A stretch of 40,474 bases of DNA. It comes from a virus. The position numbers and the translations under genes are program-made. Shown here piece after piece: positions 1 through 9,279 of the stretch. The DNA is taken from IMG/VR virus record IMGVR_UViG_3300013767_000073, positions 1 to 40,474 of that record; one strand, written 5' to 3'. The notes beneath the pieces are model-generated. The model was not told the DNA's origin, did not search any database, and worked only from the letters and a program-made list of their open reading frames with translations. The first letter of the stretch is position 1; the number at the start of each line of letters is the position of its first letter.

Positions 1-127
1 GACTCGGCTTCGTCGTCGGACTGAAGGTGTCTCCTTCCCTGCCTCGCGAGCGGTCGCTTGGCAGGGCTTCGTCGGGCCGGTGCATGGCGGTGCATCGGCC
101 CGATTTTCTTTTTCTTCCTGGTCTGCA
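1..127. repeat. Terminal direct repeat, copy 1. Identical to 40348..40474, so it marks the closure overlap of a circular genome
   Basis: Read directly: bases 1..127 (gactcggcttcgtcgtcggactgaagg...cttcctggtctgca) recur exactly as the last 127 bases. The first 24 nt are the 3' end of the CDS 39916..40371. Confidence 0.95.
74..116 (+). terminator. Rho-independent terminator after the 39916..40371 gene (also present at 40421..40463)
   Basis: Stem gggccg (74-79) pairs with cggccc (96-101). It is followed by gattttctttttctt. Confidence 0.55.
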
Positions 128-155
128 CGAGCGTGCCATTCTCTTTGGGGCTGGT

Positions 156-509
156 ATGGACAACCAACATCGCAAGATCAGCGGCTACCGCGCGCTGAGC
201 CAAGTCGAGATTGACCTGATGAACCGCATTAAGGCGAAGGGTGCCGAGCTGCTGCAGCTGCAGGCGGAGCTGGCCGGGCTACTCGGTACTGCTCATGCCG
301 AGAAGTGGAACGCCGCCCGGCGCTCGATGGAGGGCAAGGAATTCAATGGCGTCCCATACAACGAACACACGGGCGGCTCGGACGAGTGCCGCGAGTTCCG
401 GCGCTTCCAGGCGGCCGAGCCGCAGCGCTGGGCGAACATTGGCAAGACCGACATCGAGACCGGCGTCATGGCGCTGGTGCGTGCGGTCGCTCAGCCGGCG
501 CCGTTCTAA
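156..509 (+). CDS. Hypothetical phage protein, possibly of the Acb2/Tad1-hairpin-like family
   Basis: In-frame ATG at 156 within ORF 27..509. The upstream part of that ORF overlaps a terminator hairpin. N-terminal GYRALSQVEIDLMNRIK and C-terminal RWANIGKTDIETGVMALVRAVAQP resemble a widespread small phage family. Confidence 0.6.
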   Translation: MDNQHRKISGYRALSQVEIDLMNRIKAKGAELLQLQAELAGLLGTAHAEKWNAARRSMEGKEFNGVPYNEHTGGSDECREFRRFQAAEPQRWANIGKTDIETGVMALVRAVAQPAPF

Positions 510-511
510 GC

Positions 512-895
512 GTGCCGGCGCGGGCTGCATCGATCTGCCGCCACGCCGGCTGCGGCCGCCGTATCGAGCGGCCTGGCTACTGCGCTGCGCACCAGGCGGA
601 TGCGCGGCAGTGGGACAGCAACGCGAGGGCGAAGGCGCGGCAGAGTAAGCGGGCGCTGCCAACGAACAGCGCGGCATGGCGGCGTCTGCGCGAGCGTGTG
701 CTACGCACCAACCCGCTGTGCATGGAGTGCCAAAAGCAGCATCGCATCACGCCGGCAACAGTGGTTGACCACGCCGATGGCGATGCCATGAACAACGATC
801 CGAGCAACCTGCAGGGACTCTGCGCGCCCTGCCACTCGGCCAAGACGGCGAGGCAAGACGGTGGCTTCGGTAATCGAAGCCATGGAAAGGACTGA
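512..895 (+). CDS. HNH endonuclease (terminase-associated type)
   Basis: C-terminal part of ORF 305..895: CRHAGCGRRIERPGYCAAH ... CMECQKQHRITPATVVDHADGD ... NLQGLCAPCHSAKT (HNH/zinc motifs). It lies directly upstream of the terminase genes. No in-frame ATG is available, so GTG at 512 is the assumed start. Confidence 0.8.
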   Translation: MPARAASICRHAGCGRRIERPGYCAAHQADARQWDSNARAKARQSKRALPTNSAAWRRLRERVLRTNPLCMECQKQHRITPATVVDHADGDAMNNDPSNLQGLCAPCHSAKTARQDGGFGNRSHGKD

Positions 896-906
896 GGAGG
901 GTGGTC

Positions 907-1227
907 ATGGAGAGCATCACACTCGCATTGAGTGCTCGGCTGGCCTGGTGGTGGAAGCCGTGCATGTGGCTGCTTCGCTTGGTTGGTCGCTTTGGCTGGG
1001 TGCCGAGCAATGAGGTAGTTCTCTTCATCGCGCGGCGAGGAGTGCGTGTCCAGGTGGATCGCGGGCTGCGGCTTCGGCCGTTCCCGATGCGGTTTTGGCG
1101 ATCGTATGTTGGGTGGCGTCAGTACCTCGGCGTGTGGGCGTCGCTGCGTGCGGCGTGGCAGATCTCGACGTGCGCGCGTTCGATGTGGAGTAAGGGTCTC
1201 AAAATCGGCGCGCGTCCGACCAAATGA
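907..1227 (+). CDS. Hypothetical Trp/Arg-rich small protein
   Basis: ATG at 907 lies 7 nt after a strong AGGAGG (894-899). The ORF runs to 1227. No recognisable family. Confidence 0.4.
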   Translation: MESITLALSARLAWWWKPCMWLLRLVGRFGWVPSNEVVLFIARRGVRVQVDRGLRLRPFPMRFWRSYVGWRQYLGVWASLRAAWQISTCARSMWSKGLKIGARPTK

Positions 1228-1349
1228 TGCGCATTCTGCACATGTGAGTGAGCTAGGGGTGGGGGTGCCCAAAAGTCTGGGGCGACCCGGCTCCGATCCG
1301 TGCACTCCGTCATTTTTTTGTGCGCGCAGGTAATGGAGGGGGGGGTGCT

Positions 1350-1913
1350 ATGCCTCCCCGAATGGGTATGGGGAAACGTGGACCACAACCGACACCGAAT
1401 GTCCTGAAGCTGGTGCGGGGCAACCCGGGCAAGCGTCCGATCAACCTGGCCGACGGCGTCAACCCGCTGGTCGAAGTGCCGGACATTCCGAAGCACCTCA
1501 GCCGCGAGGCGCGCAAAGAATGGAAGCGCATCACGCCACTGCTGGTCGAGGAGGGGCTGATCGCCAAGATGGACCGCGCCATGCTGGCGCTGTACTGCCA
1601 GGCGTGGGGCCGCATGGCTGAGCTCGAGGCGGCGCTGAACGCCAAGATCGCGAGGCTTGTCGACAGGGGTGTCACGTATGAAGACGCCGTCGAGGACTGC
1701 TGCTATGACGTGACGCCGAAGGGCTTCCGGCAGCAGGCTGCGCTGGTCAACATGATCCGGCAGCAGGCCGATGCCGTGGCGCGGTACTCGGGCCACTTCG
1801 GCATGTCGCCGTCGCAGCGTGCGCGTATCACACCGTCGAGCAATCAGCCGCAGCTGCCGGGCATGGAAGAGCCTGCCGCTGCCGCGGCCGGATGGGGGCA
1901 ATTCCGGAAATGA
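1350..1913 (+). CDS. terS: Terminase small subunit, P27 family
   Basis: GKRGPQPTPNVLKLVRGNPGKRP ... REARKEWKRITPLL ... DRAMLALYCQAW is typical of P27-type TerS. ATG at 1350 follows ggaggggggg. Confidence 0.85.
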   Translation: MPPRMGMGKRGPQPTPNVLKLVRGNPGKRPINLADGVNPLVEVPDIPKHLSREARKEWKRITPLLVEEGLIAKMDRAMLALYCQAWGRMAELEAALNAKIARLVDRGVTYEDAVEDCCYDVTPKGFRQQAALVNMIRQQADAVARYSGHFGMSPSQRARITPSSNQPQLPGMEEPAAAAAGWGQFRK

Positions 1914-3592
1914 CATACGTCGACGTAGCCAACCAGTACGTCGCTGACGTCCTGGCTGGCCACGTCGTCGCATGCAAGTGGGTGCGGCTGGCCTGCGAGC
2001 GCCAGCAGCGCGACCTGGCCAGGGCAGAGCAGGGCGACCCTGCGTTCCCTTTCCGCTTCGACATCGAGGCGGCTGAGCGCATCTGCAGCTTCATCGAGCT
2101 GCTGCCGCACACCAAAGGTCGGTGGGCGCGAACGAAAGAACGCATCAAGCTGGAGCCGTGGCAGATCTTCATTCTGACCACGGTATTCGGCTGGCTGCGT
2201 ACCGAGGCTGATCTGCGCCGGTACCGTCGCGCATACGAGGAAGTCGCGCGAAAGAACGGTAAGTCGGCGAAGTCGTCGGGCATTGCCCTGTACCTGTTCG
2301 GTGCCGATAACGAGCCGGGCGCAGAGGTCTACAGCGCGGCGACCACGCGCGACCAGGCGCGCATCGTGTTCGATGACGCGCGCCGCATGGCGTTGCGTGA
2401 GCCGGAGATGTGCGAGGCGCTGGGCATCGAGGTGCTGCAGCACCAGCTGATCGTCGAGGAGGAGGCCTGCAAGTTCCTGCCGCTGTCGGCGGAAGGCAGC
2501 ACGCTGGACGGCCTAAACATTCACGGCGGCATCATCGACGAGCTGCATGCGCACAAAACGCGAGATGTGTTCGATGTGATCGACTCCGCGACCGGTGCGC
2601 GTGACCAGTCGCTGCTGTGGATGATCACCACGGCAGGTACCGACCGAACGGGCATCTGCTACGAGCAGCGCACGCACGTGACGAAGATCCTGGAGGGCGT
2701 GATCGAGGATGAGACCTTCTTCGGGATCATTTTCACGCTTGACGATGGCGATGACTGGTCTGATCCGGCTGTGTGGGGCAAGGCGAACCCGAATCTCGGT
2801 GTCTCGGTGCTGGTCGATGACATGGAGATGGCCTGCCGCAAGGCCATGTCGATGCCCAGCGCGGTGGCCAACTTCCTCACCAAGCGTCTGAACGTCTGGG
2901 TCAATGCCGATTCGGCCTGGATGGACATGCGCGCGTGGGACCGCTGCGAGAACAAAGAGCTGCGCCTGGAGGATCAGCGCGGCGAAGAGTGCTTCATCGG
3001 CCTGGATCTGGCCAGCAAGGTTGATATTGCTGCCGAGGCGCTGCTGTTCCCGCCGAGTGAGCGACATCAAAAATGGCGGCTGTTCGGAAGGTACTACCTG
3101 CCAGAGCGCGCGGTCGAGAACAGCACAAACAGCCAGTACGACGGTTGGCGCAGGCGTGGCCTGCTGACCGTGACGGATGGCGAGGTCACCGACTACGACG
3201 AGATCGAGGCGGACATCCTGGCTGACTGCTCGATGTTCGCGGTGGGCGAGGTGGCCTACGACCCATTCCAGGCGACGCAGCTGTCAGGCCACCTGGTGGC
3301 GCAGGGCGTACCGATGACCGAGATGCGGCCGACCGTGCTGAACTTCAGCGAGCCCATGAAGCAGCTCGAAGCACTGGTCCTCACGGGCCAGCTCGAGCAC
3401 AACGGCGACCCGGTCATGACCTGGATGATCAGCAACGTCGTGGCGCACCTCGACAAGAAGGACAACATCTACCCCAACAAGGAGCGCCCCGAGAACAAGA
3501 TCGACGGCCCCGTGGCCGCGATCATGGCGCTGGGGCGGGCAATCCCGACCCGGGAATCCGATGACATCGAACAAGGATTCGTAGCACTGTGA
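1910..3592 (+). CDS. terL: Terminase large subunit
   Basis: About 560 aa. ATGA overlap with the terS stop. Walker-like ARKNGKSAKSSG, IIDELHAH, and a C-terminal nuclease-like region. Position between TerS and portal fits. Confidence 0.9.
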   Translation: MTYVDVANQYVADVLAGHVVACKWVRLACERQQRDLARAEQGDPAFPFRFDIEAAERICSFIELLPHTKGRWARTKERIKLEPWQIFILTTVFGWLRTEADLRRYRRAYEEVARKNGKSAKSSGIALYLFGADNEPGAEVYSAATTRDQARIVFDDARRMALREPEMCEALGIEVLQHQLIVEEEACKFLPLSAEGSTLDGLNIHGGIIDELHAHKTRDVFDVIDSATGARDQSLLWMITTAGTDRTGICYEQRTHVTKILEGVIEDETFFGIIFTLDDGDDWSDPAVWGKANPNLGVSVLVDDMEMACRKAMSMPSAVANFLTKRLNVWVNADSAWMDMRAWDRCENKELRLEDQRGEECFIGLDLASKVDIAAEALLFPPSERHQKWRLFGRYYLPERAVENSTNSQYDGWRRRGLLTVTDGEVTDYDEIEADILADCSMFAVGEVAYDPFQATQLSGHLVAQGVPMTEMRPTVLNFSEPMKQLEALVLTGQLEHNGDPVMTWMISNVVAHLDKKDNIYPNKERPENKIDGPVAAIMALGRAIPTRESDDIEQGFVAL

Positions 3593-4866
3593 CCAATCCC
3601 AAGACATGGGCCGAGGCCTTCCCGCGTGCTGCAGCGGCGGCTGGCGGCGCCGGCGGTGCACCTGCGGTGCGTAACAGCGCGGCATGGATTCCTGCCGACA
3701 GCCAGACCTACCAGGACATTTCGTGGTGGGCACCGTCCTTTACCGGCCAGGTGGTGACCAAAGAGACCGCGATGCGCGTCTCAGCCGTCTACGCCTGCGT
3801 GCGGCTGATCTCTGGGTCGCTCGCGTCGATGCCGATCGAGGTGTACGAGCGAACAGCTGAAGGGCCGAGACTGATCGCCGATCATCCGCTCTGGTGGCTG
3901 CTAAACGAGGAGCCGACCGCGCGCTACACCGCGGCAACGGCCTCGGAGTACTCCACCAAATGCGTGCTGTTGCGGGGCGATGCCTTCCGGCAGATCAAGC
4001 GCAACCGCGCGGGCATCGTCACCGAGCTGGTGCCGCAAGACCCAGACATGACCGTCGTGGAGCGCCGCGGGGACCGCCTGGGCTACTACGTGCAGGACGG
4101 CGAAACGCGGTTCGGCCTCGACCAGGACGACATGCTCCACCTGCCGGGGTTCGGCTTCAACGGCTTGCGCAGCTTGTCTGTGATCCAGTGGGCGGCCAAG
4201 CAGTCGATTGGCATCGCCATGGCGGCCGAGGAGCATAGCGCGCGGTTCTTCAGCAACGGCGCCCAGCCGTCGTTTGTGCTGCAGGCGCCTGGGAAGATCA
4301 CGCCGGAGCAGCAGGACAGGCTGCGGCAGCAGTTTGCCGAGAAGGTGGCAGGCACGCATAACGCCTTCAAGCCGTTCGTGCTGACCGAGGGCGTCTCGGC
4401 CAAGGAAGTTTCGCTCTCCGCGCAGGACTCGCAGCTCATGGAGGCGCGCAAGTTCCAGGTGATCGATATCGCCCGGGCTTTTGGCGTGCCGCCATTCATG
4501 ATCGGCGAGATGGAAAAGACCAGCAGCTGGGGCTCTGGCGTTGCCGAGATGGCGCTGGGCTTCATGAAATACACGCTGCAGCCGTACATCACCCGCTTCG
4601 AGCAGGAGATGAACCGCAAGCTGTTCCGCACGGCCAAGTACTACCTCAAGTACGACGTGACGGGCCTGCTCCGCGGCGACGACAAGGCCCTGGCGGAATT
4701 CTTCCGGCAGGCCATCGGTGGATCTCAGGGGCCTGGATGGATGACCCGCAACGAGGTCCGCCGCAAGATGGATCTGCTGCCGAAGGAAGGTGGCGATGAA
4801 CTCTACGACCCCAACAAGGGAAACAACGATGCCAAATCATCGCAAGCTGCTGCAGCTGGCAATTGA
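3589..4866 (+). CDS. Portal protein, HK97 family
   Basis: 425 aa. GTGA overlap with terL. Sits between terminase and prohead protease. HK97-portal-like motifs (SVIQWAAKQSIG, FGVPPFMIGE). Confidence 0.85.
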   Translation: MTNPKTWAEAFPRAAAAAGGAGGAPAVRNSAAWIPADSQTYQDISWWAPSFTGQVVTKETAMRVSAVYACVRLISGSLASMPIEVYERTAEGPRLIADHPLWWLLNEEPTARYTAATASEYSTKCVLLRGDAFRQIKRNRAGIVTELVPQDPDMTVVERRGDRLGYYVQDGETRFGLDQDDMLHLPGFGFNGLRSLSVIQWAAKQSIGIAMAAEEHSARFFSNGAQPSFVLQAPGKITPEQQDRLRQQFAEKVAGTHNAFKPFVLTEGVSAKEVSLSAQDSQLMEARKFQVIDIARAFGVPPFMIGEMEKTSSWGSGVAEMALGFMKYTLQPYITRFEQEMNRKLFRTAKYYLKYDVTGLLRGDDKALAEFFRQAIGGSQGPGWMTRNEVRRKMDLLPKEGGDELYDPNKGNNDAKSSQAAAAGN

Positions 4867-5560
4867 GAACAGCAAGGCCTCTAAGGCATTCGAGGTGCGG
4901 GCCGAGAGCGGCGCCGACGAGGTGACGATCTTCCTGTACGACGTCATCGACCCCTACTGGGGTGTCGGCGCCGAGGCCTTCGCTAAGGCGCTGGCCGGCA
5001 TCACGGCCGGCACGATCCATCTGCGCGTGAACAGCCCTGGCGGCGACGTCTTCGAGGCGCGCGCCATGGTCGCAGCCATCGGCGCGCATAGCGCCCGCGT
5101 GATCGCGCATATCGACGGTCTCGCGGCCAGCGCCGCCACCTACGTGGCCATGGCGGCCGACGAGGTCCGCATCGCCGACGGGGCCTTCATGATGGTCCAC
5201 CAGGCGTGGACCTTCGCCATGGGCAATGCCGTCGACCTGCGCACGCAGGCGGACCTGCTCGACAAGGTCGACGCCTCGATCGTTGCGGACTATGCCCGCA
5301 AGACCGGCAAGGACGCCGAGCAGATTGGCCAGTGGATGGCCGACGAAACCTGGTTCACGGCAGCGGAAGCAGTCGAGAACGGCTTCGCGGACACCGTCGT
5401 GCAGAACGACAAGGGCGCCGGCGGCGGTGATGGCGCGCAGAACCGCTGGACCCTGTCGGCCTACCAGAAAGTCCCGCAGGCGCTGACCGCGCCGCCGGAA
5501 CCCGATCTCAGCAGCGCGGCGCGCACCCGCATGATCGCGCTGCTGGAACGCGTCGGTTAG
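4829..5560 (+). CDS. Prohead (head maturation) protease, ClpP/S49-like
   Basis: LRVNSPGGDVFEARAMVAAI ... GLAASAATYVAMAADEV ... FMMVHQAW matches the ClpP-type serine protease core. In-frame ATG at 4829. Confidence 0.85.
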   Translation: MPNHRKLLQLAIENSKASKAFEVRAESGADEVTIFLYDVIDPYWGVGAEAFAKALAGITAGTIHLRVNSPGGDVFEARAMVAAIGAHSARVIAHIDGLAASAATYVAMAADEVRIADGAFMMVHQAWTFAMGNAVDLRTQADLLDKVDASIVADYARKTGKDAEQIGQWMADETWFTAAEAVENGFADTVVQNDKGAGGGDGAQNRWTLSAYQKVPQALTAPPEPDLSSAARTRMIALLERVG

Positions 5561-5581
5561 CGCTCCCGCTGCCGATTAACG

Positions 5582-5604
5582 AGCCGCCTCCGGGCGGCTT
5601 TTTC
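5582..5604 (+). terminator. Stem-loop or attenuating terminator between protease and capsid genes
   Basis: agccgcc (5582-88), loop tccg, ggcggct (5593-99), then ttttcattt. Confidence 0.5.
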
Positions 5605-5637
5605 ATTTGCACCCTTCCTTGAGAGGAAATATCACCT

Positions 5638-6858
5638 ATGTCTCTGCAAGCCCTGCGGGAGCGCCGTAACTCCCTCGTTCAGCAAGCCAAGCACCTCAAC
5701 GCCGAGCACGGCGAAAAGTGGACCACGGAGATCCAGGCCAAGTACGATGCGCTGGTCACCGAGATTGGCGCCATCGACGACAACATCGCGCGCCAGCAGA
5801 GGCTGCTCGACCTGGAGGCCGATCGCGCCTTCGAGAACATGACGCAGCGGCCTGGCTCTCCGGCTGGTCAGGGCGATGATCCGAATGCCAAGAACCAGTA
5901 TTCGCGCTTCCTTCGCATCGGCATGCATGCCCTGACCGCCGAAGAGCACCAGGTCATCCGCAACACCATGTCAGTGGGCGGCGCCGGCAGCGAGGGCGGC
6001 TACACGGTCCAGACCGACGTCGCGAAAACTGTCGCCGAGGCCCTGAAGAAGTACGGCGGCATGCGACAGGTAGCGGAGGTCATCCAGACTGCGCAAGGGA
6101 ACACGATCAACTACCCGACCTCGGACGGTACGTCGGAAGAAGGGGAGATCATCGGCGAGAACTCGGCGGCGTCTAACCAGGATCCCTCCTTTGGCTTCAA
6201 GCCGCTTGGGGTGTACAAGTACAGCTCCAAGGTTATCGCCGTGCCACTCGAACTGCTGCAGGACTCAGCGATCGACGTTGAATCCTTCGTCAATGCACGA
6301 ATCGTGACGCGCCTGGGGCGGATCACGAACAAGCACTTCACGGTCGGTACGGGTGTCGGCCAGCCGACTGGCATCGTGACGGCCACCAGCGCCGGCCGTG
6401 TCGGTTCGGCCGGCCAGACGCTGAGCGTCACCTATGACGACCTGGTCGAGCTGCAGCATTCGGTCGATCCGGCCTACCGCGAGGCGGGGAACACCAGCTT
6501 CATGATGCACGACACTTCGGTCAAGGTCGTGCGCAAGCTGAAGGACGGCAATGGTCGTCCGCTGTGGGTGCCGGACTTCGATCAGGGCATCTCGCTGGGC
6601 ATGGGCGGCACGCTGGCCGGCTCCCCCGTCACGGTCAATCAGCACATGCCGGTGATGGCGGCCAATGCCTCGTCGATTCTGTTTGGCGACTACAGTCACT
6701 ACAAGATCCGCGACGTGATGGCGATCACGCTGTTCCGCTTCACCGACTCGGTCTACACGACCAAGGGGCAGGTCGGCTTCCTGGCCTGGATGCGCTCCGG
6801 CGGCAACTACGTCGACGTGGGTGGCGCGGTCAAGGCCTACCAGAACTCGGCCACCTGA
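5638..6858 (+). CDS. Major capsid protein, HK97 family
   Basis: 406 aa with a coiled N-terminal delta-like region. Lies directly after the protease. RBS gagagg upstream. Confidence 0.9.
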   Translation: MSLQALRERRNSLVQQAKHLNAEHGEKWTTEIQAKYDALVTEIGAIDDNIARQQRLLDLEADRAFENMTQRPGSPAGQGDDPNAKNQYSRFLRIGMHALTAEEHQVIRNTMSVGGAGSEGGYTVQTDVAKTVAEALKKYGGMRQVAEVIQTAQGNTINYPTSDGTSEEGEIIGENSAASNQDPSFGFKPLGVYKYSSKVIAVPLELLQDSAIDVESFVNARIVTRLGRITNKHFTVGTGVGQPTGIVTATSAGRVGSAGQTLSVTYDDLVELQHSVDPAYREAGNTSFMMHDTSVKVVRKLKDGNGRPLWVPDFDQGISLGMGGTLAGSPVTVNQHMPVMAANASSILFGDYSHYKIRDVMAITLFRFTDSVYTTKGQVGFLAWMRSGGNYVDVGGAVKAYQNSAT

Positions 6859-6925
6859 TCGCAGGTTGTCGGTCCCGGGCCGGCTACCTGCCGGCCTACA
6901 TCCCAACTCTCATAAGGAACCCAAC

Positions 6926-7189
6926 ATGCCGAAGATCGTGCGTGTGCTCTCGGAACTGCATCTGGAGGGCAAGAAGTACCAGCCGAACGCTGTCATCCAG
7001 CTCGACGACAAGCGCGCCAAGGCGCTGGAGGATGCTGGCTCCGTCGATTCCGACCCGGAGGCCGTCGCGTACTGCAAGGACAAGCTCGGCGCAGTCGTGG
7101 TGAAGCACGAGCTGGTCAAGTCGGCGGATGCCAACGATGAAGGTGGCGCGACCACCGGCGCCGGCAGCGACAAGACGCCCCAGGCGTAA
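6926..7189 (+). CDS. Hypothetical small head-module protein
   Basis: In-frame ATG at 6926 after aaggaa. 87 aa, between the capsid and connector genes. Confidence 0.55.
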   Translation: MPKIVRVLSELHLEGKKYQPNAVIQLDDKRAKALEDAGSVDSDPEAVAYCKDKLGAVVVKHELVKSADANDEGGATTGAGSDKTPQA

Positions 7190-7198
7190 GGGGGTGCC

Positions 7199-7873
7199 AT
7201 GGGTCTCCGGTGCACCCAGCGGCCTACCGAGGAGCCGGTCACGCTCGCCGAGGCCAAGCTGCATCTGCGCGTCGACTCCTCTGCGGAGGACGCGCTGATC
7301 ACCAGCCTGATCGCTGCTGCGCGCGCCGCGGCGGAGAACATCTGCCGCCGTGCCTTCATCACCCAGAAATGGGAACTCACACTGGACGGGTTCCCTCGGC
7401 AGAACTTCTTCGGGTCGCTGTCGGCGATCGCGCCGCTCGATTCCTTCATCCCCAACATCATGGCGGCGGAGCGCGCCTACATGGTGCGCTTCCGTGGGGG
7501 GAAGATCGAGCTGCCCAAGCCGGGCCTGCAGTCGGTCGACTACATCCGCTATCTGGATGAGGATGGCGTCGAGCAGACTCTGGCCGACAGCCAGTACATC
7601 GTCGACCCGTACTCGGAGCCTGGGGTGGTCACGCCAGCGCCTGGCACCTACTGGCCGACGACGCAGAACGTCATGAACAGCGTGCGGATCGGCTTCACCG
7701 CCGGCTATGGCGATGCCAGTGACGTGCCAGACGGCATCAAGGCCTGGATCAAGCTGCGTGTGGCCACGCTCTATGCCAACCGAGAGGAGGTCGCGGTGTT
7801 AAACCGCGGCAAGGTCGAGATGCTGCCCTATGTCGACAACCTCCTCGATGACTACCTGGTGGTGTACCTATGA
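7199..7873 (+). CDS. Head-tail connector protein (gp6-like / DNA-packaging QLRG type)
   Basis: TLAEAKLHLRVDSSAEDALITSLIAAARAAAE is the classic gp6-like N-terminal motif. Position fits. Confidence 0.75.
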   Translation: MGLRCTQRPTEEPVTLAEAKLHLRVDSSAEDALITSLIAAARAAAENICRRAFITQKWELTLDGFPRQNFFGSLSAIAPLDSFIPNIMAAERAYMVRFRGGKIELPKPGLQSVDYIRYLDEDGVEQTLADSQYIVDPYSEPGVVTPAPGTYWPTTQNVMNSVRIGFTAGYGDASDVPDGIKAWIKLRVATLYANREEVAVLNRGKVEMLPYVDNLLDDYLVVYL

Positions 7874-8205
7874 GCCTCCGTGCTGGTGATCTGAACCGGC
7901 GCATCACGATCCAGATGCGCCGGCCGGGAAGGAATGAGCTCGGCGAGGAGCTGGTGAGCTGGGTCGATCTGGCGGCGGACGTGCCGGCCGGCCTGCTGGT
8001 CCTCAGCGGCAAGGAGTATGCCGTGTCCAGCGGGGAGATCAGCCGCGCCCAGGTCAGCATGCGCGTCCGATGGCGCACCGACGTAACGGCAAAGATGCGT
8101 GTGCTGTACGCCGGTGGCATCTACAACATCGAGGCGGTGCTGCCGGATCTTGCCGGGCGCGAGTATGTCGACCTCGCATGCAGCATCGGAGCGAGCCATG
8201 GCTAA
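7870..8205 (+). CDS. Head closure / head-tail adaptor (SPP1 gp16-like)
   Basis: 111 aa. LNRRITIQ ... VPAGLLVLSGKEY ... YNIEAV motif pattern. ATGA overlap with the upstream gene. Confidence 0.75.
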   Translation: MSLRAGDLNRRITIQMRRPGRNELGEELVSWVDLAADVPAGLLVLSGKEYAVSSGEISRAQVSMRVRWRTDVTAKMRVLYAGGIYNIEAVLPDLAGREYVDLACSIGASHG

Positions 8206-8554
8206 TTCGGCGGAACTGATCGTAGCTAAGGCCCTGGCCGTCCTGGCGCCGGTCGACGTGTACCCGGACGAGGCCCCGGAGGGGGCTGCACGCCCCTTCG
8301 TTACCTACCAGTCTGTCGGCGGCCAATCGCCGAACATCCTGGACGGCGTCCTCAGCAACCAGAACGCGCGCATGCAGGTCACGGTCTGGGCCGATGACCG
8401 GCTGACCGCCATCAACCTGATGCAACGCATCATTGCCGAGCTGACCGGTCCGGCTATCACGGCGGTCACGATCGGCGCGCCCGTCAGCATCCGAGAGCAG
8501 GACACCAGGCTGAGAGGGTCGCGTCAGGACTTCAGCATCTGGTTTCTCCCGTAG
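8198..8554 (+). CDS. Tail completion / terminator-like protein (DUF3168-like)
   Basis: In-frame ATG at 8198 overlaps the upstream stop. Size and position fit, just before the major tail gene. Confidence 0.55.
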   Translation: MANSAELIVAKALAVLAPVDVYPDEAPEGAARPFVTYQSVGGQSPNILDGVLSNQNARMQVTVWADDRLTAINLMQRIIAELTGPAITAVTIGAPVSIREQDTRLRGSRQDFSIWFLP

Positions 8555-8599
8555 CGCCATCTGGCCGCCAAGCGGCTGCCGGCTGCACTTCCACCACCA

Positions 8600-8627
8600 G
8601 GCCCGCCGCGTGCGGGCCATTTTTTTG
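8600..8627 (+). terminator. Stem-loop with T-run upstream of the major tail gene
   Basis: ggcccgc (8600-06), loop cgcgt, gcgggcc (8612-18), then attttttt. Confidence 0.5.
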
Positions 8628-8637
8628 AGGAAACTTC

Positions 8638-9276
8638 ATGACTTCCACTGCAATTCCCGCGCAGGGCTCGACTCTGCAGATTGGCACGGGCACCGGCCCG
8701 GCCGTCAACATCACCGGCCTGGCGCTCGGCTTCCCGACCATCGTCAAGGCGGTCGGCCATCCCCTCAAGAACGGCGATATCGTCACCTTCACGGGGCTGA
8801 CCGGCAATACCGCGCTGAATGGCCTGAGCCTGGTCGCCAAGAACGCGACGGCCGATACCTTCGCCGTCGAGGCAGATACTACCGGCGGCGCGGCCTACAC
8901 GAACGGTGGCACGGCCACCCCGGTTGCCTGGACCAAGATCAGCAATCTGCTCACGTACAAGGGATTCGACGGCCAGGCCGCCGAGCTCGACGCCACCAAC
9001 CTGGACTCCGACGCCAAAGAGTTCAAATCGGGGCTGCAGGACTGGGGTCAGTTCACCGTCGATTACCACAAGGACTTCTCCGACCCGGGCCAGCAGGCGC
9101 TGGATGCGGCGAAGGCGGCGCGCGCAATCAAGCCCTTCAAGTTCACGCTGCCGAACGGCAAGACGCGCACGTTCAGCGCACTCGTGAAGAACTCGCCGAT
9201 CGAGGGTGGCGTGGACCAGCTGGTGAAGGCGGCCGGCGTGGCGCTGCGCATCTCCGGCAACGTGGTGGAGGCCTGA
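8638..9276 (+). CDS. Major tail (tube) protein
   Basis: 212 aa, immediately upstream of the frameshifting chaperone pair. Call based on position and size. Confidence 0.7.
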   Translation: MTSTAIPAQGSTLQIGTGTGPAVNITGLALGFPTIVKAVGHPLKNGDIVTFTGLTGNTALNGLSLVAKNATADTFAVEADTTGGAAYTNGGTATPVAWTKISNLLTYKGFDGQAAELDATNLDSDAKEFKSGLQDWGQFTVDYHKDFSDPGQQALDAAKAARAIKPFKFTLPNGKTRTFSALVKNSPIEGGVDQLVKAAGVALRISGNVVEA

Positions 9277-9279
9277 GAC

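Noticed and set aside
1-127. The terminal repeat as a biological direct terminal repeat of the virion DNA.
   Set aside because: An HNH plus P27-type TerS module is typical of cos packaging. The 127-bp length is a common maximum assembler k. Assembly overlap of a circular molecule is the simpler reading, but this cannot be proven from the sequence alone.
27-155. Upstream extension of the 156..509 ORF, and the overlapping ORFs 241..648(+) and 279..677(-).
   Set aside because: The extension crosses a terminator hairpin and the T-run. The overlapping ORFs are shadow frames of the two supported genes.
896-1349. A cos site between the HNH and terS genes.
   Set aside because: This is the expected location, but I could not identify a convincing cohesive-end sequence or terminase-binding repeats by eye. 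The region may also be partly occupied by the 907..1227 ORF.
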